DNA from: a virus
Virus record (IMG/VR): IMGVR_UViG_3300023184_000038
Location: 32,001 to 96,000 of that record
DNA: 64,000 nucleotides
Direction: 5' to 3' (one strand)
Shown here: piece by piece, positions 29,827 through 40,495 of the stretch
Layout: each line of letters starts with the position of its first letter
Position numbering within the stretch: position 1 is the stretch's first letter
Made by a program: the position numbers and the translations under genes
Notes under the pieces: generated by a model
Databases searched by the model: none
What the model saw: the letters and a program-made list of their open reading frames with translations, nothing else
Told to the model about the DNA's origin: nothing

Positions 29827-32091
29827 ATGAATAATTCGCCCGAAATTGAAAATATTATTGAACAAGCAATTGAATTTGCTAAAGAAAAAAAGCATCAATA
29901 TTGTACAATAGAACATTTACTTTTATCTTTAATTAAACATACTCCATTTAAAAAATGCCTAATTAGTTTTGGTATTGATTATGATATGTTTTTTAATGAA
30001 CTAAATGCATATGTAGATGGATTGCAATCAATTGTAACTACTGAAGACCCAGTGGTTCCAAGGAGAACAAATTCATTAGAACGGGTAATGAATCGTAGTG
30101 TAACTCAAGTGTTGTTTACTGGTCGTCGTCAAGTTACAACTATTGATTTATATTTGAGTATTGCCTCAGAGGGTAATAGTCATGCTCATTATTTCTTATT
30201 AAAGTATGGAGTCAATAAAAATGAATTTATTCAACATTGGCAAAAAACTTATAAAGGTGCGGAATATACTTCTAAATTATCTGAAAATCAAGCTGATGAA
30301 ATTTTAGAAGAATATACAATTAATCTTACTGCTATAGCAAAACAAGGTAAATTAGAACCTCTAATCGGTCGTACTAAAGAAATTGATGATATTATTAATG
30401 TCTTGGCTAAACGATTTAAATCTAATGTTCTTATGGTTGGAGATCCGGGCGTTGGTAAAACTGCAATAGTTGAAGGTATTGCTCAAGCAATTATTAATTT
30501 AGAAGTACCTGAATTTTTACAAGGACATGAATTATATTCTTTAGAAATTGGATCTTTACTCGCTGGAAGTAAATATCGTGGAGATTTTGAAGAAAAGGTA
30601 AAACATGTTATTGATGCCCTTAATACAAAAAAGAAAGCAATTCTTTTTATTGATGAGGCTCATACAATGCAAAGTGGCGGAGGATCTAATAACGGAAGTG
30701 TAGATTTTGCTAATATGATTAAACCTGCAATTACTAAAGGAACATTAAAAGTAATCGCAAGCACTACTTGGGAAGAATATTACGAATCTTTTGAAAAAGA
30801 TCGTGCCCTAATGCGTAGATTCTATAGAGTTTCAATTGATGAACCTTCACATGACTCTACTATTCGTATCCTTAAAGGATTGAGTGCAAGATTAAATGAT
30901 TTTCATACAGTTGAAATTACTGATGACGCAATTAATACTGCTGTAGATACTGCTGATAGGTATATACATGATAGAAAAAATCCAGATAAATCAATTGATT
31001 TATTGGATGCGGCTTGCGCTAAACAACGGGTATTGGAAAACAAAGGCGCTCTTATTACTAAAGAATTGATTTATGAGCAAGTAGAAAAATTTACAGGTGT
31101 TCCTGCTGATAAATTAAGTGGCGACAATTTTAGTAGAATTAGTACACTAGAAGTTAATGTAAAAAGTAAACTATACGGTCAAAATGAAACTGTTGATAAA
31201 GTACTTGAACGTGTATATGTTAGTTTTGCTGGAATCAATAACGATACTAAACCTATTGCTAGTTTCTTATTCTTAGGACCAACTGGAACAGGTAAAACTG
31301 AACTTGCTAAACTATTAAGTAAAAATCTAGAAATGCCATTACTTAAGTATGATATGTCAGAATATAGTGAAAAACATTCTGTATCAAGTTTAATTGGTCC
31401 TCCTCCTGGCTATGTTGGATTTGGTGATAGTCAAGTGGGCGGTGGCAGACTTATATCTGATTTAAGTAAAAATCCACATAGTGTTATGTTATTTGATGAA
31501 GTTGAAAAAGCACATCCGGATATATTTAATATCTTTTTACAATTACTAGATGAAGGAAGAATTACCGGCAGCAATGGTAAAATGGTAAGTTGTAAAAATA
31601 CCATTATTATTATGACTAGTAATTTGGGATCTAGTGATGGTGAAAAGAATAATATTGGATTTGGCTCACAAGAAAAAACAGGCGAAGATGATAGAGCCTT
31701 AAAGGAATTCTTTAAACCAGAATTTAGAAATCGGTTAGATATGGTTTGTAAATTTAATAAACTTGACCAACTTTCTATTAAGAAAATTGTTATTAAATTT
31801 ACTGAAGAGTTGAAGAAAAGTTTAATAGATAAGCATAACATTTCATTAACTTTATCTGAATCTGCAATTGAGCATTTGGCTGATAAAGGGTATGATAATA
31901 AATTAGGTGCTAGACCGTTAGCAAGAAAAATTGATGAACTTATTAGAGTTCCGCTTAGTAAAAGGATTTTATTTGACAAAATTAAAAATTCTAATATAAC
32001 CGCAATTTGCGAAAATGATGAAATTACATTTAATGTGGTTCAAAAATCAACAGCCAGGGTAAATGAAAATGGGATTATTGAAATTAGTTAA
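29827..32091 (+). CDS. clpA: ClpA-like AAA+ chaperone/protease ATPase subunit
   Basis: Clp N-domain; GDPGVGKT and GPTGTGKT Walker A motifs; FIDEAH; PPGYVG; IGF ClpP-docking loop; GARPL. Confidence 0.93.
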   Translation: MNNSPEIENIIEQAIEFAKEKKHQYCTIEHLLLSLIKHTPFKKCLISFGIDYDMFFNELNAYVDGLQSIVTTEDPVVPRRTNSLERVMNRSVTQVLFTGRRQVTTIDLYLSIASEGNSHAHYFLLKYGVNKNEFIQHWQKTYKGAEYTSKLSENQADEILEEYTINLTAIAKQGKLEPLIGRTKEIDDIINVLAKRFKSNVLMVGDPGVGKTAIVEGIAQAIINLEVPEFLQGHELYSLEIGSLLAGSKYRGDFEEKVKHVIDALNTKKKAILFIDEAHTMQSGGGSNNGSVDFANMIKPAITKGTLKVIASTTWEEYYESFEKDRALMRRFYRVSIDEPSHDSTIRILKGLSARLNDFHTVEITDDAINTAVDTADRYIHDRKNPDKSIDLLDAACAKQRVLENKGALITKELIYEQVEKFTGVPADKLSGDNFSRISTLEVNVKSKLYGQNETVDKVLERVYVSFAGINNDTKPIASFLFLGPTGTGKTELAKLLSKNLEMPLLKYDMSEYSEKHSVSSLIGPPPGYVGFGDSQVGGGRLISDLSKNPHSVMLFDEVEKAHPDIFNIFLQLLDEGRITGSNGKMVSCKNTIIIMTSNLGSSDGEKNNIGFGSQEKTGEDDRALKEFFKPEFRNRLDMVCKFNKLDQLSIKKIVIKFTEELKKSLIDKHNISLTLSESAIEHLADKGYDNKLGARPLARKIDELIRVPLSKRILFDKIKNSNITAICENDEITFNVVQKSTARVNENGIIEIS

Positions 32092-32815
32092 AAATCATAC
32101 GGAGTCGCCGGGCATTGATTTTCATGAGTTTAGGGATATATTGTATTATGACAAATATAAATATCGAGCTCGGATATCTATTTCCGGTGTACGATTTACT
32201 ATGTATACAAAAACGATACAGTCTTTTGTTAGGCTGATTAATCGTAGTCATGAATATAAATCTTATTCCACTATACAGCCAAAACAACTAGAGGAAATTA
32301 GAAAAAATATAGATTCTATTTCAAATTATATTACCTATAGGAATGATATACAAAAAAACAAATTAGGTAGTATTAGAATTGAAGGGAATCGTGTAAGTGT
32401 TTTCAGCAATGAGTTATCAGTATTACAACGGTTAACTGAACTGGGCAATATTGAAGTTGAGTATACCGAAGTTATTATGAGTGAGTTTGCAGGAGTAAAA
32501 TATTTTGCAAATACGCCTAAATATAATTTTAGAGTGTATTTGAAGCGTAAACGGATAGAACCTACCACGATTAAGGATTTTTCTAATGTTATAAATAAAA
32601 CAAAAGATTTATATCCTAGTTCCTCGCTTTCGGCATGGCTAATGGCAACAACCGTCGGTTCTGCAAGGTTTAAGTACTACAGTTGGCAATATAGCCATTC
32701 ATCTGCTACGCATTTTATTGATTTTAATAATGAAAGTACTTTAAGTTATTTAGCATTAATGTACGGTGAATATTTGGGTCATAGGTACAAACTGGAAAAA
32801 CGAATTGTAGAATGA
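32063..32815 (+). CDS. Hypothetical protein
   Basis: Long ORF; start uncertain. Confidence 0.6.
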   Translation: MKMGLLKLVKNHTESPGIDFHEFRDILYYDKYKYRARISISGVRFTMYTKTIQSFVRLINRSHEYKSYSTIQPKQLEEIRKNIDSISNYITYRNDIQKNKLGSIRIEGNRVSVFSNELSVLQRLTELGNIEVEYTEVIMSEFAGVKYFANTPKYNFRVYLKRKRIEPTTIKDFSNVINKTKDLYPSSSLSAWLMATTVGSARFKYYSWQYSHSSATHFIDFNNESTLSYLALMYGEYLGHRYKLEKRIVE

Positions 32816-32841
32816 TAAATACTCTACAATGGAGTATTTAT

Positions 32842-33021
32842 ATGGCAAAAATAGTTACAGAATCAGTAGTACTTACTTTTAGTAAGATTGCCAAAGATTC
32901 AGACCCGGATAATTTTACAGATGATGATGTAAAATCATTATCTGAAGTTCAATCTGCTCTTATGCAAGTAGCACAAGAATTAATGGGTGATAACATTGTA
33001 GTTGAAGTAATGAGGGCATAA
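32842..33021 (+). CDS. Small hypothetical protein
   Basis: GGAG SD; late promoter GATAAATA at about 32815. Confidence 0.6.
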   Translation: MAKIVTESVVLTFSKIAKDSDPDNFTDDDVKSLSEVQSALMQVAQELMGDNIVVEVMRA

Positions 33022-33023
33022 TA

Positions 33024-33410
33024 ATGAGTCAAACTACCACTCTTATTTTATTACCACAAACAACATATGACGGGGGCGGGAATGCTAACGTATATACTGT
33101 TGTTGGAAATTCTCAGCCGGCCGCAGCGTATTATTTAGGTAATCGTGATTTACAAACAGTTAATATTAATTTGACACAAGTAACTGGTAACATAGTTATT
33201 GAAGCAAGTTTAGCAACTACACCAACATCTACTGATTGGTTTAAAGTATATGAATTAGAAGCTAATATTAATGCCGCAGCCAATTCAGCACCATTAATAG
33301 CATCTAATGCATCAGTATATACAAATATTAACGGTAACTTTGTTGCAATGAGGGCAAAAGTAGTAAATTTTGCACACGGGGTTGTAAATTTTACAAAACT
33401 AAGTTATTAA
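33024..33410 (+). CDS. Hypothetical (possibly virion) protein
   Basis: 128-aa ORF. Confidence 0.6.
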   Translation: MSQTTTLILLPQTTYDGGGNANVYTVVGNSQPAAAYYLGNRDLQTVNINLTQVTGNIVIEASLATTPTSTDWFKVYELEANINAAANSAPLIASNASVYTNINGNFVAMRAKVVNFAHGVVNFTKLSY

Positions 33411-33412
33411 GC

Positions 33413-34354
33413 ATGAGTAAAACAATTGTAATTATGCCGGGGGGTTTTCATCCCTTCCATGCAGGACACGCTGATTTATATCAGCAAACTAAAAAAGCAT
33501 TTCCCGGCGCCGATGTCTATGTGGCTGCAACTAATGACCAAAGTGAAAGACCTTTTCCCTTTTCTATAAAAGAGAAACTAGCAAAAGTAGCCGGCGTAGA
33601 GTCGGGACATTTTATTCAGGTAAAGAGCCCTTTTCAAGCAAAAGAGATTACACAGAACTATAATCCAGAACAAGATATATTAATTTTTGTTCGGAGTGAG
33701 AAAGATAAAACAGTACCACCATTAGCAGGTGGAACAAAGAAAGACGGAAGTCCTGCTTACTTCCAACCATGGACAGGAAAGAATTTACAACCATTTGGTA
33801 AACATGCTTATCTGGTATACTTAGATACAGTTCAATTTAGCGGAGGACTAACCAGTGCTTCACAGATTCGTGCTGAATGGCCAACGTTAGATATTACTGA
33901 AAAAAGTAACAGGGTAATGTCATTATATCCAGCCGCGCACAAGAATAAAAAGTTACAAAACAATATTATACGTATGCTAGATTTAGCAATGAACAGCCAA
34001 CAAGTTGTAGCAAAGCCCTCTGCTGTTAGTTTGAAACCAGTTGGAATACGTGAATCTAATGTGTTTACCAATGCACGAATGAATGCAATTAAAGCAGGTA
34101 AAAAAACGTTTAATGTACATAACAAAATATATACTGTAACAGGTGATATCAAAGACGAATTAGAAGCAAATAATTCAAAAATAGATAATATTACTGAATG
34201 TTTATATAAAATTAAGCCATTTATTGCAAATGCAACAAGCAAACAAAAAATTAAATTATTGAATTTAATGGTTGAGGCAAAAAACCTTAATAGTAAATCA
34301 ACTACGATACTATCTAATGTGTCCGATTCTGTAGATTATTTGCAGGAAAAATAA
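33413..34354 (+). CDS. HxGH cytidylyltransferase-like domain with (I/L)xE-delimited C-terminal modules
   Basis: PGGFHPFHAGH, SASQIR. Confidence 0.7.
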   Translation: MSKTIVIMPGGFHPFHAGHADLYQQTKKAFPGADVYVAATNDQSERPFPFSIKEKLAKVAGVESGHFIQVKSPFQAKEITQNYNPEQDILIFVRSEKDKTVPPLAGGTKKDGSPAYFQPWTGKNLQPFGKHAYLVYLDTVQFSGGLTSASQIRAEWPTLDITEKSNRVMSLYPAAHKNKKLQNNIIRMLDLAMNSQQVVAKPSAVSLKPVGIRESNVFTNARMNAIKAGKKTFNVHNKIYTVTGDIKDELEANNSKIDNITECLYKIKPFIANATSKQKIKLLNLMVEAKNLNSKSTTILSNVSDSVDYLQEK

Positions 34355-34407
34355 TTCGGTAGTCCTTGTTTGATGTAAATAGTTATATCAAACTTAAAGA
34401 GGACTTC

Positions 34408-35355
34408 ATGGTAACACGAAAAAAGAAAACAGATAATACGGAATCTAACACTATTCCAGTAGAGCAATTGCAAGAAATTGTAGAATCTATTGCTGCTGTC
34501 CCAGTGGCACCGGCCGAACCACCTGCACCGGCCGCACCACAACAAGGGCAAGTACAAGTAAACGTAGACTTTTTAAAAACTACAAGAGTTCATATCTCAA
34601 TGCCATGTTACGGCGGGATGTTAACGGAATCTACATTTATGAGTTTTATTAAATGGGCAAATACTGCTAGACAACTTGGTATTGATTGGACATTAGAAAC
34701 AATGGTCAATGAATCATTAATTAGTCGTGCTAGAAATACACTAACTGCAAAGTTTTTAGATATGCCTGAGGCAACACATTTATTTTTTGTAGATGCTGAC
34801 ATTGGATGGGAGCCATGGCATTTGTTAGTATTACTCAATCGTGACAAAGATGTTATCGGTGGATTATATCCAATGAAAACAATGCCTATTAAATGGGTAG
34901 TTAATGGATTTGAAGGTGCTGAAGAAGGACCAGATGGATTACAAGAAGTAAGTAAAGCGGGAACAGGGTTCTTATTAATGAAGAAAAATGTATTTGAAAA
35001 ATTAAAATCACATCCTGCAGTTAAACAATACAAAAATGATATTGGTCTAGACCCTAAATACGATCAACATTTAAAAACTTACTTTGATACTGCGGTACGT
35101 CAAAATCGTTATTATTCTGAAGATTGGACCTTTTGTGAAAATTACAGAGACATTGGCGGTAAAATTTGGGTAGATAAACGTGTTTTATTACGTCACAGTG
35201 GTTCTTATGTATTTTGTATGGAAAATCAAGAACATTTGATGAACACAGTTGGGCCTATGTACTTAGAACAGGAAAAACAAAAAGCAATAGTTGCTGCAAC
35301 AGCGGCTGCAGTACCCGGGACTGCCCCTTCAGGCATAGTTACATTAGCAACTTAA
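34408..35355 (+). CDS. GT-A fold glycosyltransferase-like protein
   Basis: PCYGG, ESLISRARN, FFVDADIGW, GTGFLL, SEDWTFC, H.G. Confidence 0.75.
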   Translation: MVTRKKKTDNTESNTIPVEQLQEIVESIAAVPVAPAEPPAPAAPQQGQVQVNVDFLKTTRVHISMPCYGGMLTESTFMSFIKWANTARQLGIDWTLETMVNESLISRARNTLTAKFLDMPEATHLFFVDADIGWEPWHLLVLLNRDKDVIGGLYPMKTMPIKWVVNGFEGAEEGPDGLQEVSKAGTGFLLMKKNVFEKLKSHPAVKQYKNDIGLDPKYDQHLKTYFDTAVRQNRYYSEDWTFCENYRDIGGKIWVDKRVLLRHSGSYVFCMENQEHLMNTVGPMYLEQEKQKAIVAATAAAVPGTAPSGIVTLAT

Positions 35356-35373
35356 ATTATATATTCTAAGTAA

Positions 35374-35395
35374 GAAAGGCTCTTAGGAGCCTTTC
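35374..35395 (+). terminator. Stem-loop / probable terminator
   Basis: gaaaggctc-ttag-gagcctttc. Confidence 0.55.
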
Positions 35396-35412
35396 CCATT
35401 GATAAATATAGT

Positions 35413-37218
35413 ATGGATATTAAAGAATTAAATTCGTTTAAAGTGTCAGATGCTATTACATTTCATGACCATCTTAATCCTAGGCTGTTTCACGGGAATA
35501 GATTACAACCGGCCGTTGAAAAACAATTAAAAATTATTGCCCAAGATTTTTTACAAGAATTGGGAGTATATGATATTAATGTTAAAGATATAACAGTATC
35601 TGGCTCAAATGCAGCATATAGTTATACTAAGCATAGTGATTTAGATTTACATATATTAGTTGATTTATCTGAACAGCCAAATGATGAAGTATATAAAGAA
35701 TTATTTCATGCGAAAAAAACACTGTATAATGATAGCCATGACATTAAAGTTAATGGAATTCCAGTTGAATTGTATGTTCAAGATGTTGCATTTCCAGTAA
35801 TAAGTTTAGGTGAATATAGTGTATTAAACAATAAATGGATTAAAATTCCAAATAAGCGTAGAAGTAATTTTGACCATACCGATGCTAAAGCAAAGTATGA
35901 AAAATTAGCAAAATTAATAGAATATGCGTTACATGCTAACGATTTAAAACAAGTAAAAAATGTTTTAGAAACTATTAAAAGATACCGACAAACTGGATTA
36001 GAAAAGGGCGGAGAATTTGGCCCTGAAAATATTGTTTTCAAAGCATTGCGTAGCCAAGGCTTAATTACAAAATTATACGATTTAAGAGATAAATTACATA
36101 GTAAAAAATTAAGTTTAAGCGGGATGTATCAAGAAATTGATGAGGGTTTTGATCAACCATATCCAATAATATGGGAAAAGGGTTACCATGGAGATGTTGA
36201 TGCACTTGCTAAATTACCTGATGGTACTTATTTAAGCATTATGTTTAATAAGCAAGATAATGTTAAACCTGATGACAAGACATGGATGGTTGAATTTCAT
36301 AGAAACAACAGCCAAGAAGTAACAGGGGAGGGTGATGCACAAAAAGTATTTGCTACTGTATTGTCTGCCATTCAACAATTTATTATAAAATACAAACCAC
36401 TAAAAATATATTTCTCAGCAAGCAAAGAACCAGCGCCACTGAAACTCAGTAGCCCTGCTGGTGCTAAAGCAAACCCTGAAAGTCGTGCCAAGTTATATGA
36501 TAGATTAGTACTCCGTTATGCTAAATCTTGGGGATATAAGTTTTTCCGCGCTGACAATGGTTCTGATGTTATGTATCAATTTTCAAGAATACCAAAGCAA
36601 AAGACTGTGGGTGAAGATTACACTGGGCAATATGCTGCTGAAAAAACTCCAGTTGTAAGTCCTTATGCCGGCATCAAGGATAATCAATATCGTGGTGGGA
36701 TAAGTGAAGCAGCAGACATGGATTTTGAAGAAGGTGATTGTCCTATATTTGCCATTGCGTTACATCGTCTATCTAAGTTGCCATTAATGGCATTAGTTGA
36801 ATATGATGAAGAACTAGGTAGTACAGTATTAATCCATGCGTATGTAAAACTTGATGATAGATGGCGTCTGGATATCACTGGTGAAACAGATGTAGATTGG
36901 ATGTTACAAAAATATCCAAACAATGGTAACGCCGAAGAAATTGAGATTGGTGAGAAAGATTTGTTAGAATTGGGGTATGGAAAAAGCAAATGTCCTACTT
37001 TGCAACAGGTTCTACCCCATGCTAAAGAAGTTTTACAAAATATAAATGAAGCAAGTGGGTATATTCCAAGCGAAAAACAAAAGAATGATCCACGATTTAA
37101 GACGGCACTAACCGTAGATATTAGGCCAGATGCTATCAAAAAGAATGCAAAAGCATTTTATTGGAACACTAGTCGTGCCGGAATCCCTCCAACGGCAAAA
37201 GCAAACGGCAAAATATAA
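35413..37218 (+). CDS. Modular protein: N-terminal Pol-beta-superfamily nucleotidyltransferase plus several xxE-delimited modules
   Basis: SGSNA.Y.Y...SDLDLH, VELYVQD; junctions EIDE, TVGE, ISEA, INEA. Confidence 0.7.
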   Translation: MDIKELNSFKVSDAITFHDHLNPRLFHGNRLQPAVEKQLKIIAQDFLQELGVYDINVKDITVSGSNAAYSYTKHSDLDLHILVDLSEQPNDEVYKELFHAKKTLYNDSHDIKVNGIPVELYVQDVAFPVISLGEYSVLNNKWIKIPNKRRSNFDHTDAKAKYEKLAKLIEYALHANDLKQVKNVLETIKRYRQTGLEKGGEFGPENIVFKALRSQGLITKLYDLRDKLHSKKLSLSGMYQEIDEGFDQPYPIIWEKGYHGDVDALAKLPDGTYLSIMFNKQDNVKPDDKTWMVEFHRNNSQEVTGEGDAQKVFATVLSAIQQFIIKYKPLKIYFSASKEPAPLKLSSPAGAKANPESRAKLYDRLVLRYAKSWGYKFFRADNGSDVMYQFSRIPKQKTVGEDYTGQYAAEKTPVVSPYAGIKDNQYRGGISEAADMDFEEGDCPIFAIALHRLSKLPLMALVEYDEELGSTVLIHAYVKLDDRWRLDITGETDVDWMLQKYPNNGNAEEIEIGEKDLLELGYGKSKCPTLQQVLPHAKEVLQNINEASGYIPSEKQKNDPRFKTALTVDIRPDAIKKNAKAFYWNTSRAGIPPTAKANGKI

Positions 37219-37273
37219 CTAACTTCAGTTACATGGGGTTTTTGATAAATACATTATCAGTACGGAACCTTAT

Positions 37274-37960
37274 ATGAAAATAACACAAATCACAGAAACT
37301 ACTACTAGCGGAAGTATTTCCCCGGTCGCCACTGTATTAGGGGCAACTCATACACGAGGAAATCCTAGTATATATGGCGGAAAAAAAGTTAAAAGTATGT
37401 TTTCTGGTAAAAAAACTAAAGAACCATATGGTAATAGCCTTCATGAAGGCGTTGAAATTAGTGAACAAGATTTGATTATGATGCCGGGACTAGGTAATAA
37501 AATAAATCCCGGCTTTATTAGTAAGCAAGATGATAGAACAGATAATGAAATTGCAATGGCTATAAATGATTTGTTTCAATCTGGTAGAAATGCTGAAAAA
37601 ATTTATAAAATGATTGAAGGCCGTAGTGAAGAAGTTGGTCTTGAGGGTTGGGTACAAGAAAAGATTATTAAAGCAAGTGACTATTTAAATACTGTTCGTG
37701 AATATTTAGAAGGACAAGAAATGTCAACTGTAGATGAAGGGCGACCGTTTAGGGGAGTTGATGGTGCATTTGACAGGGGAGATGATGAACGGCATGACTT
37801 AGACAGACCAAGAAAATGGCATGTAGTTATTGATGGAGATATTCAACCCCAAGGATTTAGTGACAGAGAAGATGCAAATATAGCCGGGCACAAAACACTT
37901 GCTGCCAATCCTAATTCTAGAGTAACTCTTAAACAAAAATGGGCGGATGACTATGAGTAA
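37274..37960 (+). CDS. Modular head-cargo-like protein (MKITQITE N-terminus)
   Basis: ORF; late promoter GATAAATA at about 37244; LHE and VDE junctions. Confidence 0.6.
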   Translation: MKITQITETTTSGSISPVATVLGATHTRGNPSIYGGKKVKSMFSGKKTKEPYGNSLHEGVEISEQDLIMMPGLGNKINPGFISKQDDRTDNEIAMAINDLFQSGRNAEKIYKMIEGRSEEVGLEGWVQEKIIKASDYLNTVREYLEGQEMSTVDEGRPFRGVDGAFDRGDDERHDLDRPRKWHVVIDGDIQPQGFSDREDANIAGHKTLAANPNSRVTLKQKWADDYE

Positions 37961-39599
37961 TATCTTTGCAGGAATTTTGCTTAATGAATTATCAACTGAT
38001 AAATTAGCAAAATATAAAACAGCAGCCAGTGCGGATGCTACTAAATCTGATCAAGAAGGTAACTTCAAGCGCGGAGATAAAAGATTTAGTGGTATTGTAA
38101 AAGCAACTAATAAACAATTTGCAAATGATGCTAAAAAAGTTAAATTACCGGAAACAGTAACCGATGATGAAGATGATGATTATGTAGAACCGCCGAAGTC
38201 CGGAATTGATAAATTCCGCACTGCAGCTAGTATGGCCAATCTTGCTTTGACTCCGGCAATGTTAGCACAAACGGTTAGTACTGGAGCAAATGCATTAAGT
38301 AAACCCGCTGCTGCAGCAAGCGCCGCAAAGGTAGCGGCAAATCTAGGAGGTAGATTGCTCCCGGCGGCCGGCGCGGCACTTAGCGCGGCCTCAGCCGCAC
38401 ATAGAGCAAGTTTGGGTGATTATACTGGATCCGCGATTGATGCAGCCTCAGGCGCTGCATCTTTTGCCCCGGGCTGGGGAACAGCTGGTTCAATAGCTGG
38501 TATAGGTACTAACTTATTACGAGACCGGTGGAACACTGGTAATTGGTTCCCGACGGATGAACAACTGAAGGCAGCATACGGTAAAAAACCAGATGCACAA
38601 GTAGCACAAGGAGCAAAATCTGCCGCACCTGCACAAGCAGCAAAATCTGCCACTCCTGCACAAGCTGCAGCGCCGGTTGCAAAAACTACAGCCCCAGCCG
38701 CAAACACCAAGGGCTCTTGGCAAGAAATTTACAATTTAAATAAAACAATCATTGGGGCTAATCCCAATCTAATTAAACCGGGACAAAAATTAACATTGCC
38801 AAATGGCACAGTATACACAGTTAAACCCGGGGACTCTCTTAGTAAAATTGCAGCACAATCGGTACAAGAATCAATTTATATGCAATATGATAAAGTACCG
38901 TCTTCCATTATGTATGGTTTACTTGAAGCTAGTCAACAGTCAGCATCAATTAATATACCAAGCGGTCGTGGAATGAGTCCACTAGAGTGGCTGGCATCAT
39001 TAAGTAATAATCCTGACGCAGCAGTTGCCGGCGCTTCCCCTTCAAGGATTAAACCGGCTGGTGCTGCCTCTTCAAGGATTAAGCCGGAAGTTGGTGCTGA
39101 CCATGTAGATAGCACTGTCACTAGCAATACAGGTGACAATATGAGTAAAGCAAAACAATCTGCTGAACAATTCTTAGGTCGTAGAATTAGCAATGATGAA
39201 TGGGACCTTTTACTACGAGCAGTTACTGCTGAAGCAAGCGGCAACACAAAAGAGCAAGCCTGGGTAATGGGTGTTATATTAAATAGAGCTAGGTCAGGCC
39301 GTTGGGGAAGTAGTATCAATAAAGTATTATATGCACCAAACCAATTTCAAGCAGTGACTGGTACTAAGTATAATAGCAATCCAAGTTCTAACTTTACTAG
39401 AGGCCCAAATGCATCTCAACTAGCATCTATTGTAAAAGGTGCTATAGAAGTATTGCCAAATGTAGATCCATCAGTAATGAATTTTACAGCGGCTAATAGT
39501 GCTGCTTATGGAAGAGGCACTAATATTAATTTTAGAAATAAGTTAGCCGCAAGATCAGGCAGTCAACAAATTGGCCAAACTATATTTGGCACCGCATAA
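37947..39599 (+). CDS. Modular protein with LysM domain and C-terminal SleB/Hydrolase_2 cell-wall hydrolase
   Basis: NPNLIKPGQKL, YTVKPGDSLSKIA; AEA.G..EQAWV..VILNR, V.YAPNQFQAV. Confidence 0.8.
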   Translation: MTMSNIFAGILLNELSTDKLAKYKTAASADATKSDQEGNFKRGDKRFSGIVKATNKQFANDAKKVKLPETVTDDEDDDYVEPPKSGIDKFRTAASMANLALTPAMLAQTVSTGANALSKPAAAASAAKVAANLGGRLLPAAGAALSAASAAHRASLGDYTGSAIDAASGAASFAPGWGTAGSIAGIGTNLLRDRWNTGNWFPTDEQLKAAYGKKPDAQVAQGAKSAAPAQAAKSATPAQAAAPVAKTTAPAANTKGSWQEIYNLNKTIIGANPNLIKPGQKLTLPNGTVYTVKPGDSLSKIAAQSVQESIYMQYDKVPSSIMYGLLEASQQSASINIPSGRGMSPLEWLASLSNNPDAAVAGASPSRIKPAGAASSRIKPEVGADHVDSTVTSNTGDNMSKAKQSAEQFLGRRISNDEWDLLLRAVTAEASGNTKEQAWVMGVILNRARSGRWGSSINKVLYAPNQFQAVTGTKYNSNPSSNFTRGPNASQLASIVKGAIEVLPNVDPSVMNFTAANSAAYGRGTNINFRNKLAARSGSQQIGQTIFGTA

Positions 39600-39609
39600 G
39601 GAATTATAA

Positions 39610-40050
39610 ATGTTAGCAGAAAATTTAAAAGTATTATTGGCAAGTGTTAACTCATTGTCTATCAAAGCACAAAACTTTCACTGGAACGTGGAGGGAGATA
39701 ACTTCCCTCAATATCACGAATATCTTGGTAATTTCTATGAAGAAGTATACAGTGCAGTAGATAAAATTGCTGAATACATTCGTACATTAGATAGTTATAG
39801 TCCAGGAAGCTTAACACGCTATACTGAATTAACAATCATTCAAGATCAACTTAAAATCCCTCGTGCCGAATTAATGTTTGTTGAATTGTTTGAAGATAAT
39901 GGCAAGATGATTGAATTACTTAATCATTGCTTTAGTTCTGCTACAGAAGAAAATAAACAAGGTATTGCTAACTTTATCGCTGAAAGATTAGATGCTCACG
40001 AAAAACATCAATGGCAGCTTAGAAGTATATTAAAAACTACAAGAGCATAA
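39610..40050 (+). CDS. dps: Dps / ferritin-like DNA-protection protein
   Basis: HWNVEG..F..YH.....YEE....D.IAE.IR, HEKHQWQL. Confidence 0.92.
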   Translation: MLAENLKVLLASVNSLSIKAQNFHWNVEGDNFPQYHEYLGNFYEEVYSAVDKIAEYIRTLDSYSPGSLTRYTELTIIQDQLKIPRAELMFVELFEDNGKMIELLNHCFSSATEENKQGIANFIAERLDAHEKHQWQLRSILKTTRA

Positions 40051-40075
40051 TATATATTTACCATAAGGAATTATA

Positions 40076-40495
40076 ATGCGATTATATGAAATAGAACCTA
40101 GACCTAGTATAGAGAAACAATTTGACCTTATTGAGAGTATGGTTGAAAGTTTTGCAAAACATCATAATGTTGACAGTGAGATAATATGGGAAGATTTAGA
40201 ATCAGTTGATGATTATGAATTATTGGTTGAAGCCGCTGCCTGGAGAACCAGTAAAGGAAAAAGTAAAAAAGGTGGATTAAACGCTAAAGGTGTAGCAAGT
40301 TATCGTAGAGAAAATCCTGGCAGCAAGTTGCAAATGGCAGTTACCACTAAGCCAAGCAAATTAAAGCCAGGCTCAAAAGCAGCCAAACGTCGGAAATCAT
40401 TTTGTGCAAGAATGGGCGGCGTTAAAGGACCAATGAAGAAACCTAACGGTGATCCCACACGCAAAGCATTGGCTTTACGCAAATGGAACTGTTAA
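40076..40495 (+). CDS. Acidic leader plus basic C-terminal module (GGLNAKG..RRKSFCARM)
   Basis: MRLYEIE N-terminus; LVE junction before the basic module. Confidence 0.65.
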   Translation: MRLYEIEPRPSIEKQFDLIESMVESFAKHHNVDSEIIWEDLESVDDYELLVEAAAWRTSKGKSKKGGLNAKGVASYRRENPGSKLQMAVTTKPSKLKPGSKAAKRRKSFCARMGGVKGPMKKPNGDPTRKALALRKWNC

